Assembly: GCA_049320885.1 (NCBI GenBank)
Contig: JBMORA010000043.1
Location: forward strand, 9,354-73,353
Direction: 5' to 3'
Source: Thermodesulfobacteriota bacterium
GTDB lineage: Bacteria > Desulfobacterota > Desulfobacteria > Desulfobacterales > SURF-7
Length of the DNA stretch: 64,000 nucleotides
In this document: piece after piece, positions 30,482-39,575 of the stretch
Layout: each line of letters starts with the position of its first letter
Numbering within the stretch: position 1 is the stretch's first letter
The notes under the pieces: model-generated
What the model saw: only the letters and a program-made list of their open reading frames with translations
What the model was told of the DNA's origin: nothing
Database searches by the model: none
Program-made: the position numbers and the translations under genes

Positions 30482-30525
30482 CCTCCTTCTGGATATAAAG
30501 CCCTGAATTTATTTCAGAGCAAGGA
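30482..30525 (-). ncRNA. S6:S18 ribosomal-protein leader (cis-regulatory RNA)
   Basis: On the minus strand UCCUU can pair with the SD (AAGGA). There is an inner hairpin GCUCUGAA/UUCAGGGC and an unpaired CCA just before the SD. This matches the known rpsF leader architecture (CCR motif). Confidence 0.7.
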
Positions 30526-30583
30526 TAAAAAAAAGTCCCTTGGCTAAAAAACCTAAGTATTTAACACCGCTCAAAATGCGCTG

Positions 30584-32329
30584 TCAAGCTATTTCGATCA
30601 GCCGTTTTTCAGCTTCGGGCGTGTCCAGGCCCAGCGTCCCGCCGGGATTCATGATATTCCGGGGATCGAAATACAATTTCAGCGCTTTCAGAACGCCCAT
30701 CTGCTCTTTACCCAGATGGGCCTCCATCCAGGGGCCGAACAGCTTGCCCATGCCATGATGGTGACTGATGGAGCCGCCATGCTGGAGGATGGCGTCGATG
30801 ATCCCCTGGTAAAACCCGGTATATTCCTCCCTGCTGGCAGGCCGCAGGAGGAAGATGAAATATAGGTTTGTTCCGTTTGAATAGAAATGCGAGGCATGGG
30901 TCATGCACACGGTCCCCGGCCGGTTTTTGATATAGGACCGGACACCCTGATGCAGGGCATGCAGCTTGTCCCAGGTGACCGACGCTTCCACGGTGTCGGC
31001 GACAATGCCATAGTCCATCCAGTCATCCCGCATGAGGGGCTCCTTGTAGCGGGTTTTCTCCCATTTCTTGACGGGAAAGCCGGTGAGATAGAGCGCGCCG
31101 TGCTGTTTGGCCGTTTTGCGGATCATTTTTTTGACGTGGCCGGCATAGCCCTTTTCACCTTCCGCCGTGCCGATGCAGAGGCAGCGCTCCATGGGCTTGA
31201 GCCCGAAGCGCAAAAAGAATTGGTTGATGTAGCGGTTGTCAGCCCCGTACAGCTTGAGCCCCCGTTCCGTTTCTTCCGGGTCGGAAATCCGGTATACCGC
31301 CGGCAGGCCGAATTCGCCCTGCATGATTTCACGGCTGGCGGATACGGCGGCCTCCCAGGTCGGAAACATGAAGGCGAATCGCCGCCGGTTTTCCGGCTGA
31401 TAGCGGAATATGCGCATGGTCAGTTCGACCAGGATGCCGTAGGCGCCCTCGCTGCCCTTCATGATGTCATTGACCTTCGGTCCGGTGGCCGTCCCTGAAA
31501 ATTCGTAGGTCGCAAAGTCTCCGGCGGGCGTCACGTATTCCTGGGCGAGGACGATGTGGTAGGCATCGCCATAGTAAGTCGAGGCCTGACCCGAGCCGAG
31601 GGTCACCACCCACCCGCCCACCGAGGACAGCTCGAAAGACTGGGGGAAATGCCCGCAGGTATAGCGGCGTTTGGCCTGAAATCTCTCGGGCGCCCGATTC
31701 AAGGCTTCTTCATAATCCGGCCCCATCATTCCGGGCTGCACAATGGCGGTATGATTTTCCTCATTGAGTTTGAGCACTTTGTTCATGTGGGTGCTCATCA
31801 CCAGGGTGACACCGCCCTTTGCCGGGGTCAGCCCCTTGGTCACGGAGGACCCGCCGCCATAAACATAGACGGGGATCCGCTGTTGGTTGCAATAGGCGAC
31901 GATTTTTTTCACCTCGTTTTTATCGCGGGGATGAACCACCAGATCCGAAACAGCGCCGACATATTTTTCTCGTAAATCCAGCACCTCGAAAATCATGGCG
32001 CCGTGGCTGAATTTGACCCGGTCATAATCGTCGGTCGCCATATTTTCCCGGCCCACGATGGCGGCAAAGGCTTCCAGCTGTTCCTTGCCAAGTCCCGGCT
32101 TTTTATCAAGGCTAACGACTTCGTTGCCCTCTTTTTGTTTTATCCGGAAGTCCTCGTCCGAAAGACCGAAATCCCGCTTCATCATCTCGTACCAGGCAGC
32201 ACTCGGATGCTTGAACTCGTTTTGTCGCCCCAGTTTGAAGATCGATCGATAGGATTTTTCCAAAGGCGGTGTTTCCGCCCAGTCCGGTACAAAGCGTTTT
32301 TTTCCTGCCATTGCCATTTTCCTTTTCAT
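30584..32329 (-). CDS. Alkyl-dihydroxyacetone-phosphate-synthase-like FAD-binding oxidoreductase
   Basis: YGGGSSV, GHFPQSFE, SVGGWV, QASTYYG, GSEG, THASH, SHHHGMG, MNPG. Confidence 0.82.
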   Translation of the reverse strand: MKRKMAMAGKKRFVPDWAETPPLEKSYRSIFKLGRQNEFKHPSAAWYEMMKRDFGLSDEDFRIKQKEGNEVVSLDKKPGLGKEQLEAFAAIVGRENMATDDYDRVKFSHGAMIFEVLDLREKYVGAVSDLVVHPRDKNEVKKIVAYCNQQRIPVYVYGGGSSVTKGLTPAKGGVTLVMSTHMNKVLKLNEENHTAIVQPGMMGPDYEEALNRAPERFQAKRRYTCGHFPQSFELSSVGGWVVTLGSGQASTYYGDAYHIVLAQEYVTPAGDFATYEFSGTATGPKVNDIMKGSEGAYGILVELTMRIFRYQPENRRRFAFMFPTWEAAVSASREIMQGEFGLPAVYRISDPEETERGLKLYGADNRYINQFFLRFGLKPMERCLCIGTAEGEKGYAGHVKKMIRKTAKQHGALYLTGFPVKKWEKTRYKEPLMRDDWMDYGIVADTVEASVTWDKLHALHQGVRSYIKNRPGTVCMTHASHFYSNGTNLYFIFLLRPASREEYTGFYQGIIDAILQHGGSISHHHGMGKLFGPWMEAHLGKEQMGVLKALKLYFDPRNIMNPGGTLGLDTPEAEKRLIEIA

Positions 32330-32354
32330 GATTGATCCAGCTGCCCGTCGTTTT

Positions 32355-33086
32355 TCACTGTTTTCCTTCCCTGCTCTCCATGCCCAATGCTTTCAGAGTT
32401 TGCTCTTCCGCGAACAGCAACACCGCCAACATGATTTCCTTCGCCCTTACCGCATCCTTGTTTTTGAGGGCCTCGAAGATATCCCCATGAAATTGTCGGG
32501 ACCGGGACCGGTTTTCCTCGACGTCAAAGTACAGCCGCCACAAATCCCCGGCCAGTGCGGTAAAGGAATTCAGCAAGATGACAAAGAGCAGGTTGCCGCT
32601 GGCCCGGGCGATGAGGTTGTGCACGCGCCAATCCTTTTCCTCGATGGGCATGTCATCGCTCTGAAAAACGATCCGTTCCAAATCCCTCAGATCGTTTTTG
32701 CCCCTGTTCAAGGCAGCGCAATAGCATATCTCCGGTATGATCAATCTACGCAGATCCAGCAGATTCTTGAGGATGTTGCCGTTCAGCCGGCCGTCGAGAA
32801 ACAGCATGTGCCCGGCCAGATTCAGGCTCCCGCTCTCCAGGAAATCCTTCACGAAAATTCCGTTGCCGTGCTTGATTTCCACAAGCCCCATGCCTTCCAG
32901 CCGGTGCAACGCCTCCCGGATCGTCGTCCGGTTCACCTTGAGCTGATCGGCCAGATCCCGCTCCGGCGGCAGCCGGGAGCCGGCGGACAACTCCCCGCGG
33001 ATGATCTTGGCCTTCAATTGCTCCATGATTTCTTCATGGAGCCTGGTTTTGACGATGGGATTCAGCAGGTTTGGTTCTTGTTTCAT
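32355..33086 (-). CDS. GntR/FadR family transcriptional regulator
   Basis: wHTH LPPERDLADQLKVNRTTIREAL...HGNG and an FCD-like C-terminus. GGGGGA RBS before ATG 33086. Confidence 0.92.
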   Translation of the reverse strand: MKQEPNLLNPIVKTRLHEEIMEQLKAKIIRGELSAGSRLPPERDLADQLKVNRTTIREALHRLEGMGLVEIKHGNGIFVKDFLESGSLNLAGHMLFLDGRLNGNILKNLLDLRRLIIPEICYCAALNRGKNDLRDLERIVFQSDDMPIEEKDWRVHNLIARASGNLLFVILLNSFTALAGDLWRLYFDVEENRSRSRQFHGDIFEALKNKDAVRAKEIMLAVLLFAEEQTLKALGMESREGKQ

Positions 33087-33116
33087 CCTGTCCCCCTGGA
33101 CGGCATTTTGTTGATG

Positions 33117-33165
33117 ATTGGATGGTCCAACCAATTTATAAGCATATCCCCGGATTTATTGTCAA
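33117..33165 (-). promoter_or_regulatory. FadR-type operator next to a sigma70-like promoter of the regulator
   Basis: Imperfect palindrome ATTGGATGGTCCAACCAAT containing TGGT-N3-ACCA (33123-33133). Minus-strand TTGACA at 33165-33160 and a TATAAA-like -10 near 33140-33135. Confidence 0.6.
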
Positions 33166-33437
33166 GCAAAAAAAAATTGACCGCATGGGGCCAGTGATGA
33201 TGAAGATACATGCGCCGGTCCACTTCAATAGTGTCTCATTTATAGGAACGATCCTTAAAATGGTTCCAGGTGACCGGCAGGGAATAAGCATAGACTTTGG
33301 TATGCTTGGCTTTATATGGTTCCAACGGCTCATCATGTTTTGATTTTTTCATAGTCTAGCGTGTTCATGTCGGCCAGCAGCTTTCTCAGGGTTTTCGCCT
33401 CGGGAAAGTTTCCGTCAATTTCCGATAATCAAACCAG

Positions 33438-33625
33438 TTGATGGATCTCCTGAACCGTGTCTGGCTGAGAGCCGGCAGCAGCGATGAGCTAAATTTACTG
33501 CTGAAAATTGGCGGCCGCCGGTTGGCGTTTGAAATCAAGCTGACATCCTCGCCATCCAAACAGGACCTGGATAAACCGTGCTGCACCGCTCAGCTCGTCG
33601 GCACCTACAAAACCTGCCTGTCTCC
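33438..33625 (+). pseudogene. Degenerate C-terminal remnant of a DUF4143 AAA-ATPase/nuclease gene
   Basis: ELNLLLKIGGRRLAFEIKLTSSP resembles the E(I/L)D...(A)xE(I/V)K tail of DUF4143 proteins. No upstream ATPase domain is present. Confidence 0.45.
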
Positions 33626-33803
33626 CTGCCCCGGACGGGTTCCATTTTCGCAAGCCTTGCCTCTTGAAAAGCCGTACCATGCTGAATCCAAAACTCTTGG
33701 CAAAAAAGCATGGCATGAAGTGACGTTTTCCCCCAATATCCGCATTGCGCAGCACCTCACGGCCATGCTATGCAGGTAATTGCCATTATAACCAGGAGTC
33801 GCC

Positions 33804-35522
33804 ATGCGTGTTGAGCTTGTAAGCGGAATAGTGTGTCTGTTCTTCGCCGTTGTCGTGAATCCCGCGGTCACGCATCAGCGGGTCCATGCCGCCGAAACCG
33901 GTCCGGTTCTTCCCCGGGCGGACGGCATTGCCGGCGATCTGGATAGCGACCGGGACGTGGACGGCCGGGATCTGGCTTTGTTCGCGGGGAACCCCGGCGG
34001 AACCACCCTTGCCGAACTTGCCGGCAACTTCGGCCGGGTATTTTCGGCGGCGGCCCCGGTAACCGAGCCGGTGCTGCGGTCCACCCTCCCGGCCAGCTGG
34101 GATGAAAACTGGTTCGCCTCGCCGGCGGTCTTTGATCTGGACAATGACGGCAATATGGAAATCATCGCCTCCCGACACAGCGTCCTGTATGTCTGGGATA
34201 ATTCGGGAAACAGACTGTGGCGGGCCCCGGTGGGGGAAAACGCCACCTCGACCAACGATCACGGTTCCCAGCGGCAATATGCCTCGCCGGTGGTGGGCGA
34301 CCTGGACGGCGACGGCATGGGAGAGATCGCCATCGCCTACGGCAACCGGGTGGCGGTATATGACCATACGGGCATGCTGGCCCCGGGCTGGCCCCGGACG
34401 TTTCCGGGATCGAGCGGTGAAATCCGCTCCATCGCGGCGAGTGATCTGGACCTGGATGGTTTAGTGGAAATTCTGGCCGTCAAGACCTCCAACGGCCCGG
34501 TGACCGTGGTCTTTCGCATCGACGGGACTGTGGCGCCGGGCTGGCCCCAGGTGCAAAATTGCAGCACATGCAATGATTACGGCGGGTACAACCAGAACAT
34601 CGGCGCGGCGGATTTCACCGGGGACGGGCTGCCCGAAGTGGTCAGCACCTATGACATCTGCCATATCGGCATCATGAATGCCGGCGGCAGCCCTTTACCC
34701 GCCCATCCCATGTTCTCCGGCGATTATGTCAGCTCTGTCCCCATGTTTCACGATATCGATCTCGCCATCCAGGGCTGGGGCGCCGACGGCAACGACCGGG
34801 ACGAGTTCACGGATTCCCCGCCGGTATTCGCCGATATGGACGCCGACGGGTCCCCGGAGATCATCCTTTATTCGGATCATGAACTCGCCGGCGAATATAT
34901 CAACCGGGGCAACTGCCTGTGGGTGCTGAAAGCGGACATGACCCGGGCGGAAGGTTTTGAAACGCCCGTCTGCTCGGGGATGCCGCTGTATACCGGCTAC
35001 CAGGACAATATCGTCCAGGTGGCCCCGGCCCCGGCTATTGCCCGGCTCGCCGGCGATTCCCGGCCCGCAATCGTCGCCCCGTCCTATGACGGCAACCTGT
35101 ACTGTTATTCCGGCGGCGGCGACATTCTCTGGCAGTACCCGTTCGATTCAGACTCGGCGGAACCCTTCATCGGCGCTTCGGGTCCCGCCATCGGCGATTT
35201 GAATGACGACGGCATTCCGGAAATCGTGTTCACCACCTACTCCATCACCCAGAATGTCTCCCACCTGATCATCCTCGATGCCGCCGGGACCCAACTGTTC
35301 AAGACAGCCATTGCCAAAAGGGGTTCCATGAGTCCGCCCACCATCGCCGACGTGGACGGCGACCATCGATGGGAAATCATCGTTTCCTTGAAAGACACCA
35401 TCGGCTCGGGCCTTGGCGGCGTCCAGATCTGGGACGTCGCTTCCGCCGTGACTGACGGCCATCCTCCTCCCTGGCCCACGGGACGCGGGAATCTGCTGCG
35501 GGACGGCCGTTATCGGGAGTGA
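33804..35522 (+). CDS. Secreted FG-GAP/VCBS repeat protein
   Basis: Signal-peptide-like N-terminus; dockerin/EF-hand-like GDLDSDRDVDGRDLA; multiple DLDxDGxxEI repeats; PGWP motifs. Confidence 0.85.
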   Translation: MRVELVSGIVCLFFAVVVNPAVTHQRVHAAETGPVLPRADGIAGDLDSDRDVDGRDLALFAGNPGGTTLAELAGNFGRVFSAAAPVTEPVLRSTLPASWDENWFASPAVFDLDNDGNMEIIASRHSVLYVWDNSGNRLWRAPVGENATSTNDHGSQRQYASPVVGDLDGDGMGEIAIAYGNRVAVYDHTGMLAPGWPRTFPGSSGEIRSIAASDLDLDGLVEILAVKTSNGPVTVVFRIDGTVAPGWPQVQNCSTCNDYGGYNQNIGAADFTGDGLPEVVSTYDICHIGIMNAGGSPLPAHPMFSGDYVSSVPMFHDIDLAIQGWGADGNDRDEFTDSPPVFADMDADGSPEIILYSDHELAGEYINRGNCLWVLKADMTRAEGFETPVCSGMPLYTGYQDNIVQVAPAPAIARLAGDSRPAIVAPSYDGNLYCYSGGGDILWQYPFDSDSAEPFIGASGPAIGDLNDDGIPEIVFTTYSITQNVSHLIILDAAGTQLFKTAIAKRGSMSPPTIADVDGDHRWEIIVSLKDTIGSGLGGVQIWDVASAVTDGHPPPWPTGRGNLLRDGRYRE

Positions 35523-35562
35523 ATGACCCCATGACGACAATGCTTCTGTAAAGGGAACGCAA

Positions 35563-36597
35563 ATGAATCGAACCCGCTACCCGGAAAATATTATATTGAC
35601 GGTTTTCGTCTTCCTGCTCGGTTGCGGAATCGGGATAGAGGCGGGAGCCCGCCATGCGGAGACTTCCGGCCCGGGATCCTTGATCGAAGACCTTGCCGCC
35701 GCCCCGGAGGGGATCGAACTCAACGGGATCGGCATCCGAATCGAAGCGGAATGGCAACAGGCCTTCGAGCCGGCCGCCTTTCTGGTTCGCATCAAAACCG
35801 ACGGAATTCTGCCAGCAGGCTCTCCTTTGAGTTACCGGCCGGAAGCCAATCTTCTCTGCGGCGATGAGGTGATCGACGTCAAACTGGTCCGCCCCTTTTC
35901 ATCCGACCGCCGCGGCTCGGCGCTGGTGGCGGCGGTGATGTCACAACCCGCCGCGGTGGTTCCGAAGCCGTCGGATTTCGTCATCCGGATGACGGACGGC
36001 GACGGGCGCATCCGGTATCTACGGGCGGGGCGGGAAAGACTTCGCCATCGTCAACCGGAAATCTACATCGCTTATGCCGGCGGTTCTTTCCAGGGAGACA
36101 TCGCCGCCCCCCCGACCCTTGTTTCCCATGGCCTGATACCCATTCAGCATGATTACAGCGGCCTTTCATCCTGCATCGCCGCCGTGCTGACCCATCAGTA
36201 CGCGGAAAAGGCCGGCGAGCTCACGGTGATCAACGGAGTGGCCGCCGCCTGCGATATGGCAATGGTGATGGAAAGGCTGGCCATTTCCCTGTTCGATATA
36301 AAGAACTACCTGAAGTCCATCGGATATTTAGGCACGGGTTATGAAGAAGCCGGCCCGGTATCGCTTTCCACCTTCGCGGAGGACGGCATCGATACCATGG
36401 CGCCGGTCATCATGAGTGTCGACTACCAGGACTTCCGGCACTTTGTATTGCTCCGGGGATATGACCGGGAGCGGGTGTATATCGGTGATCCGGCCCTCGG
36501 CAATGTCGCCATGACCTTTGAGGAATTAAGCTCCGTCATGGTACGGACGGATAACCGGCATTGGTTTTTTTTCGTCGTCCGCAAGAACAGCGACTGA
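35563..36597 (+). CDS. Exported C39-peptidase-like protein (catalytic Cys apparently absent)
   Basis: Signal peptide; C-terminal C39-like motifs QHDYSG, SLFDIK, RHFVLLRG, YIGDPALGN. Confidence 0.7.
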   Translation: MNRTRYPENIILTVFVFLLGCGIGIEAGARHAETSGPGSLIEDLAAAPEGIELNGIGIRIEAEWQQAFEPAAFLVRIKTDGILPAGSPLSYRPEANLLCGDEVIDVKLVRPFSSDRRGSALVAAVMSQPAAVVPKPSDFVIRMTDGDGRIRYLRAGRERLRHRQPEIYIAYAGGSFQGDIAAPPTLVSHGLIPIQHDYSGLSSCIAAVLTHQYAEKAGELTVINGVAAACDMAMVMERLAISLFDIKNYLKSIGYLGTGYEEAGPVSLSTFAEDGIDTMAPVIMSVDYQDFRHFVLLRGYDRERVYIGDPALGNVAMTFEELSSVMVRTDNRHWFFFVVRKNSD

Positions 36598-36629
36598 TGA
36601 CGGGGCCGCGCTGTAAAACGCCGCCCGGT

Positions 36630-39410
36630 TCATCCGGAAGATTCCCTGAACATCCGTCGGAGTTTGCGCAGGAGGTCCTGGACCGAAAACGGCTTTTGAA
36701 TGAACGCGATGCCTTCCTCCAGCACCCCGTGGTGAACGATGACGTCATCCGTGTACCCGGACATATAAATGACCTTGATATCCGGGTAGCGGTTCTTGAC
36801 AAGGGTATGCAATTCCTTGCCGTTGCTGTCCTGGAGAACCACATCCGTCAGCAGCAGATCGATGGGCGGGCCCTGGGATATGACTTCCAGGCACTTGCGG
36901 CCGCTGTTGACCGCGATGGTCCCGTATCCGTATTTTTTTAATATGGTTTCGGTAAGCTCCCGCACCGCGTCATTGTCCTCGACAATGAGCACCTGCTCCG
37001 TTCCGAAAAAATCCTCCTGTTTCGGCGCGGCAGCCGCCGACTGCTCCGGTACGGCTGCGGCGGCGGGAAACCAGATCTGAAACACCGTTCCTTTACCCGG
37101 CTCGCTGTGCACCTGGATACTGCCGTTATGTTGTTTGACGATGCCGTAGACGGTGGACAAACCCAGACCGGTGCCTTTACCCTGGCCTTTGGTGGTGAAG
37201 AAGGGATCGAAAATCCGCTCCTTGGTTTTGGCATCCATGCCGTGACCGTTGTCCCGGAAAGTGAGTTCCACGCAACCGTCCGCCGCTCCCACACTACCGG
37301 ACAGGCCGGCATTCATTTCCGGGGAGGACGTGTTCACCTCGATGGTGATCTTGCCCCCATCGGGCATGGCGTCCTGGGCATTGACGGCCAGATTCATCAC
37401 CACCTGCTCGATCTGCCCCGGGTCGGCCAGAATATTGGGGACGCCCCGGGACAGCTTCAGTTCCAAGCGGATATCGTCCCGCAGAATCCGGTCCAGGAGG
37501 CTCTCGAATCCCGCCAGGATCTGGTTGAGGCTGACGGATTTGATCTCCAGGGCCTGCTTGCGGCTGAAGGCCAGCAGCTGCCGCACCATGTCTTTGGCAC
37601 GATTGCCGGCGTTGAGAATCTGCTCCACGGCTTTTCTGTCGGGACTGTCCGACGGCATGTTGCCGAGCAGCAATTCACCGTACCCCACCACAGGGGAAAG
37701 CATGTTGTTCAGATCGTGGGCGACGCCCCCCGCCAACCGGCCGACAGCCTCCATTTTCTGGGCCTGGATATACTGTTCTTCCAGGTTGTCCTTCTCCCTG
37801 GCCAGTTTTTCCTGTTCCGATATATCGATAATGATTCCGCGGAACCCTGCGGGACCGGATTCATCGGTTCGGGCGCTGGAATAAATCAGCACCGGGAATG
37901 TACTGCCGTCTTTACGGATGGCGTTGTATTTATGTCCTATTTTATTGGCATGGCCGTGCAATATCCTGGTCATTGCGGCCATGGCTCTTTCCCTGTCTTC
38001 CGGCACGAGCATATCGAGGGCATTCAATCCGTTCCCGATATCCCGGGGGCTGTATCCGAAAACCTCCAGGGCATTGTTATTAACAAAACTCAACCGGCCG
38101 TCCAAATCCATCTCAAACACCGTCTGGGGAAGTAATTCAGCCAGGGCACGGAAGCGTTGTTCGCTGCGGCGCAGGTCGGACTCGAACCGTTTCCGGACGG
38201 AAATATCGGTATGCGCGCCCACTAGGCTGATGACTTCCCCGCGCTGGTCTTTGACCGCGTAAGCGCGCAGCAGCACAGGCAGCTTCTGGCCGTCTTTCCC
38301 GAACATTTCGACTTCACCGGCCCAGGGATCGCCGGCCATGATGGTTCGAAAGACCTCCCGCCCGACCTGTTGATCGACATAGAGCGTGGAAGGAGGATCG
38401 TCGCCGATTTCTCCGAAAAGTTCGTCAAAGGCTTTGTTCTGATACCAGTGCTTCCCCTCGGGCGTAGACATGCCGATGGCGTCCGATCCGGCTTCCACGG
38501 CGGTTTTGAAAAGCGCCAGCGTCTCCTCGGAACGCTTGCGCTCGGTGATATTTTCAAACGCCACGCACAGCTGGTTGTCGGACATGGGGAAAGCGACAAT
38601 TCTAAAGGCGCCCTGAAGACGTTCGTCTTTGTAAAACAGGTCTTCGGTGTTGAATGTCCGCCCGGTCGTCATCACGGACAGAAAGGCCTCCGTAATACCG
38701 CTTTTGCGCGCTTCGGGCCAGATTTCGTCGAATCCCCTTCCGATCCACTCCTGCCCGCTGATCCCGGTCAATTTCTCGGCAGCCGGATTGGCATGATACA
38801 ACACCAGCCGGTCCGGTGGATGATAGTCGTAAATGAAGAGTCCGGAAGGTATCTCCCGGACCACTTGAGCGGCGGCCCGCAAATTTTTCTCGTCACGTTT
38901 ACGCTCGGTGATATCGAGCGCCGTGAAGGTGACACCTTCGGACCAGTTGTCGGGGTTCAACGGGGTTGAACTGAGCAGCACATTCACGGTTTTACCGTTT
39001 TTGTGTTTCCAGCGGGTTTCCACTGTTCCGGTGCCCGTTGCGGAGATCTGGCGGTATTTTTCCCGACCCACGAATTCATATTCCTCGTCGGAGGGATACA
39101 GCATCCGCGCACTCCGGCCGATCAATTCCCCCGACGCGAAACCAGTCATTTCACATAACCGGTCATTGGCCTGGGTAATGATTCGGTCAACCACCATCCC
39201 GATGCCGATGGGGGCTGATTTGAAGATGCTGTTGAGGGTGTTCTCCCGTTTTTTCAGGGATTCTATGATGGAGTCGTGCTCCGTGGTCCGGGGATGCCCA
39301 CCGGCCGATTCCTGTTCCCTGCCCCCCCCCTTTTCAAATTCGGATTCCAGACGTTGGATTTTGCGTTCCAGGTCTTCGTAGGTGGGTTTGATCATACAGC
39401 TGACTCCCAT
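36630..39410 (-). CDS. Hybrid sensor histidine kinase (4 PAS, HisKA, HATPase, REC)
   Basis: Four PAS/PAC units; AHDLNN, NLAVNAQDAM, FFTTK..GKGTGLGL; receiver LLLTDVV...KPF. The start may be 39395. Confidence 0.93.
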   Translation of the reverse strand: MGVSCMIKPTYEDLERKIQRLESEFEKGGGREQESAGGHPRTTEHDSIIESLKKRENTLNSIFKSAPIGIGMVVDRIITQANDRLCEMTGFASGELIGRSARMLYPSDEEYEFVGREKYRQISATGTGTVETRWKHKNGKTVNVLLSSTPLNPDNWSEGVTFTALDITERKRDEKNLRAAAQVVREIPSGLFIYDYHPPDRLVLYHANPAAEKLTGISGQEWIGRGFDEIWPEARKSGITEAFLSVMTTGRTFNTEDLFYKDERLQGAFRIVAFPMSDNQLCVAFENITERKRSEETLALFKTAVEAGSDAIGMSTPEGKHWYQNKAFDELFGEIGDDPPSTLYVDQQVGREVFRTIMAGDPWAGEVEMFGKDGQKLPVLLRAYAVKDQRGEVISLVGAHTDISVRKRFESDLRRSEQRFRALAELLPQTVFEMDLDGRLSFVNNNALEVFGYSPRDIGNGLNALDMLVPEDRERAMAAMTRILHGHANKIGHKYNAIRKDGSTFPVLIYSSARTDESGPAGFRGIIIDISEQEKLAREKDNLEEQYIQAQKMEAVGRLAGGVAHDLNNMLSPVVGYGELLLGNMPSDSPDRKAVEQILNAGNRAKDMVRQLLAFSRKQALEIKSVSLNQILAGFESLLDRILRDDIRLELKLSRGVPNILADPGQIEQVVMNLAVNAQDAMPDGGKITIEVNTSSPEMNAGLSGSVGAADGCVELTFRDNGHGMDAKTKERIFDPFFTTKGQGKGTGLGLSTVYGIVKQHNGSIQVHSEPGKGTVFQIWFPAAAAVPEQSAAAAPKQEDFFGTEQVLIVEDNDAVRELTETILKKYGYGTIAVNSGRKCLEVISQGPPIDLLLTDVVLQDSNGKELHTLVKNRYPDIKVIYMSGYTDDVIVHHGVLEEGIAFIQKPFSVQDLLRKLRRMFRESSG

Positions 39411-39575
39411 AACAAATTATTGATAATATATTGTTTTTTTCATTCAAACATAAATCAGGGCAGCCCCGAGTGTCAAGCAGTTCGTATCAATATTTTGTTG
39501 TGATTCAAACGACCGGATGATACGAAGACCATGGGAAGACGAATCGCAAGCCACCGCCGGAAAGGATTCCAATAC

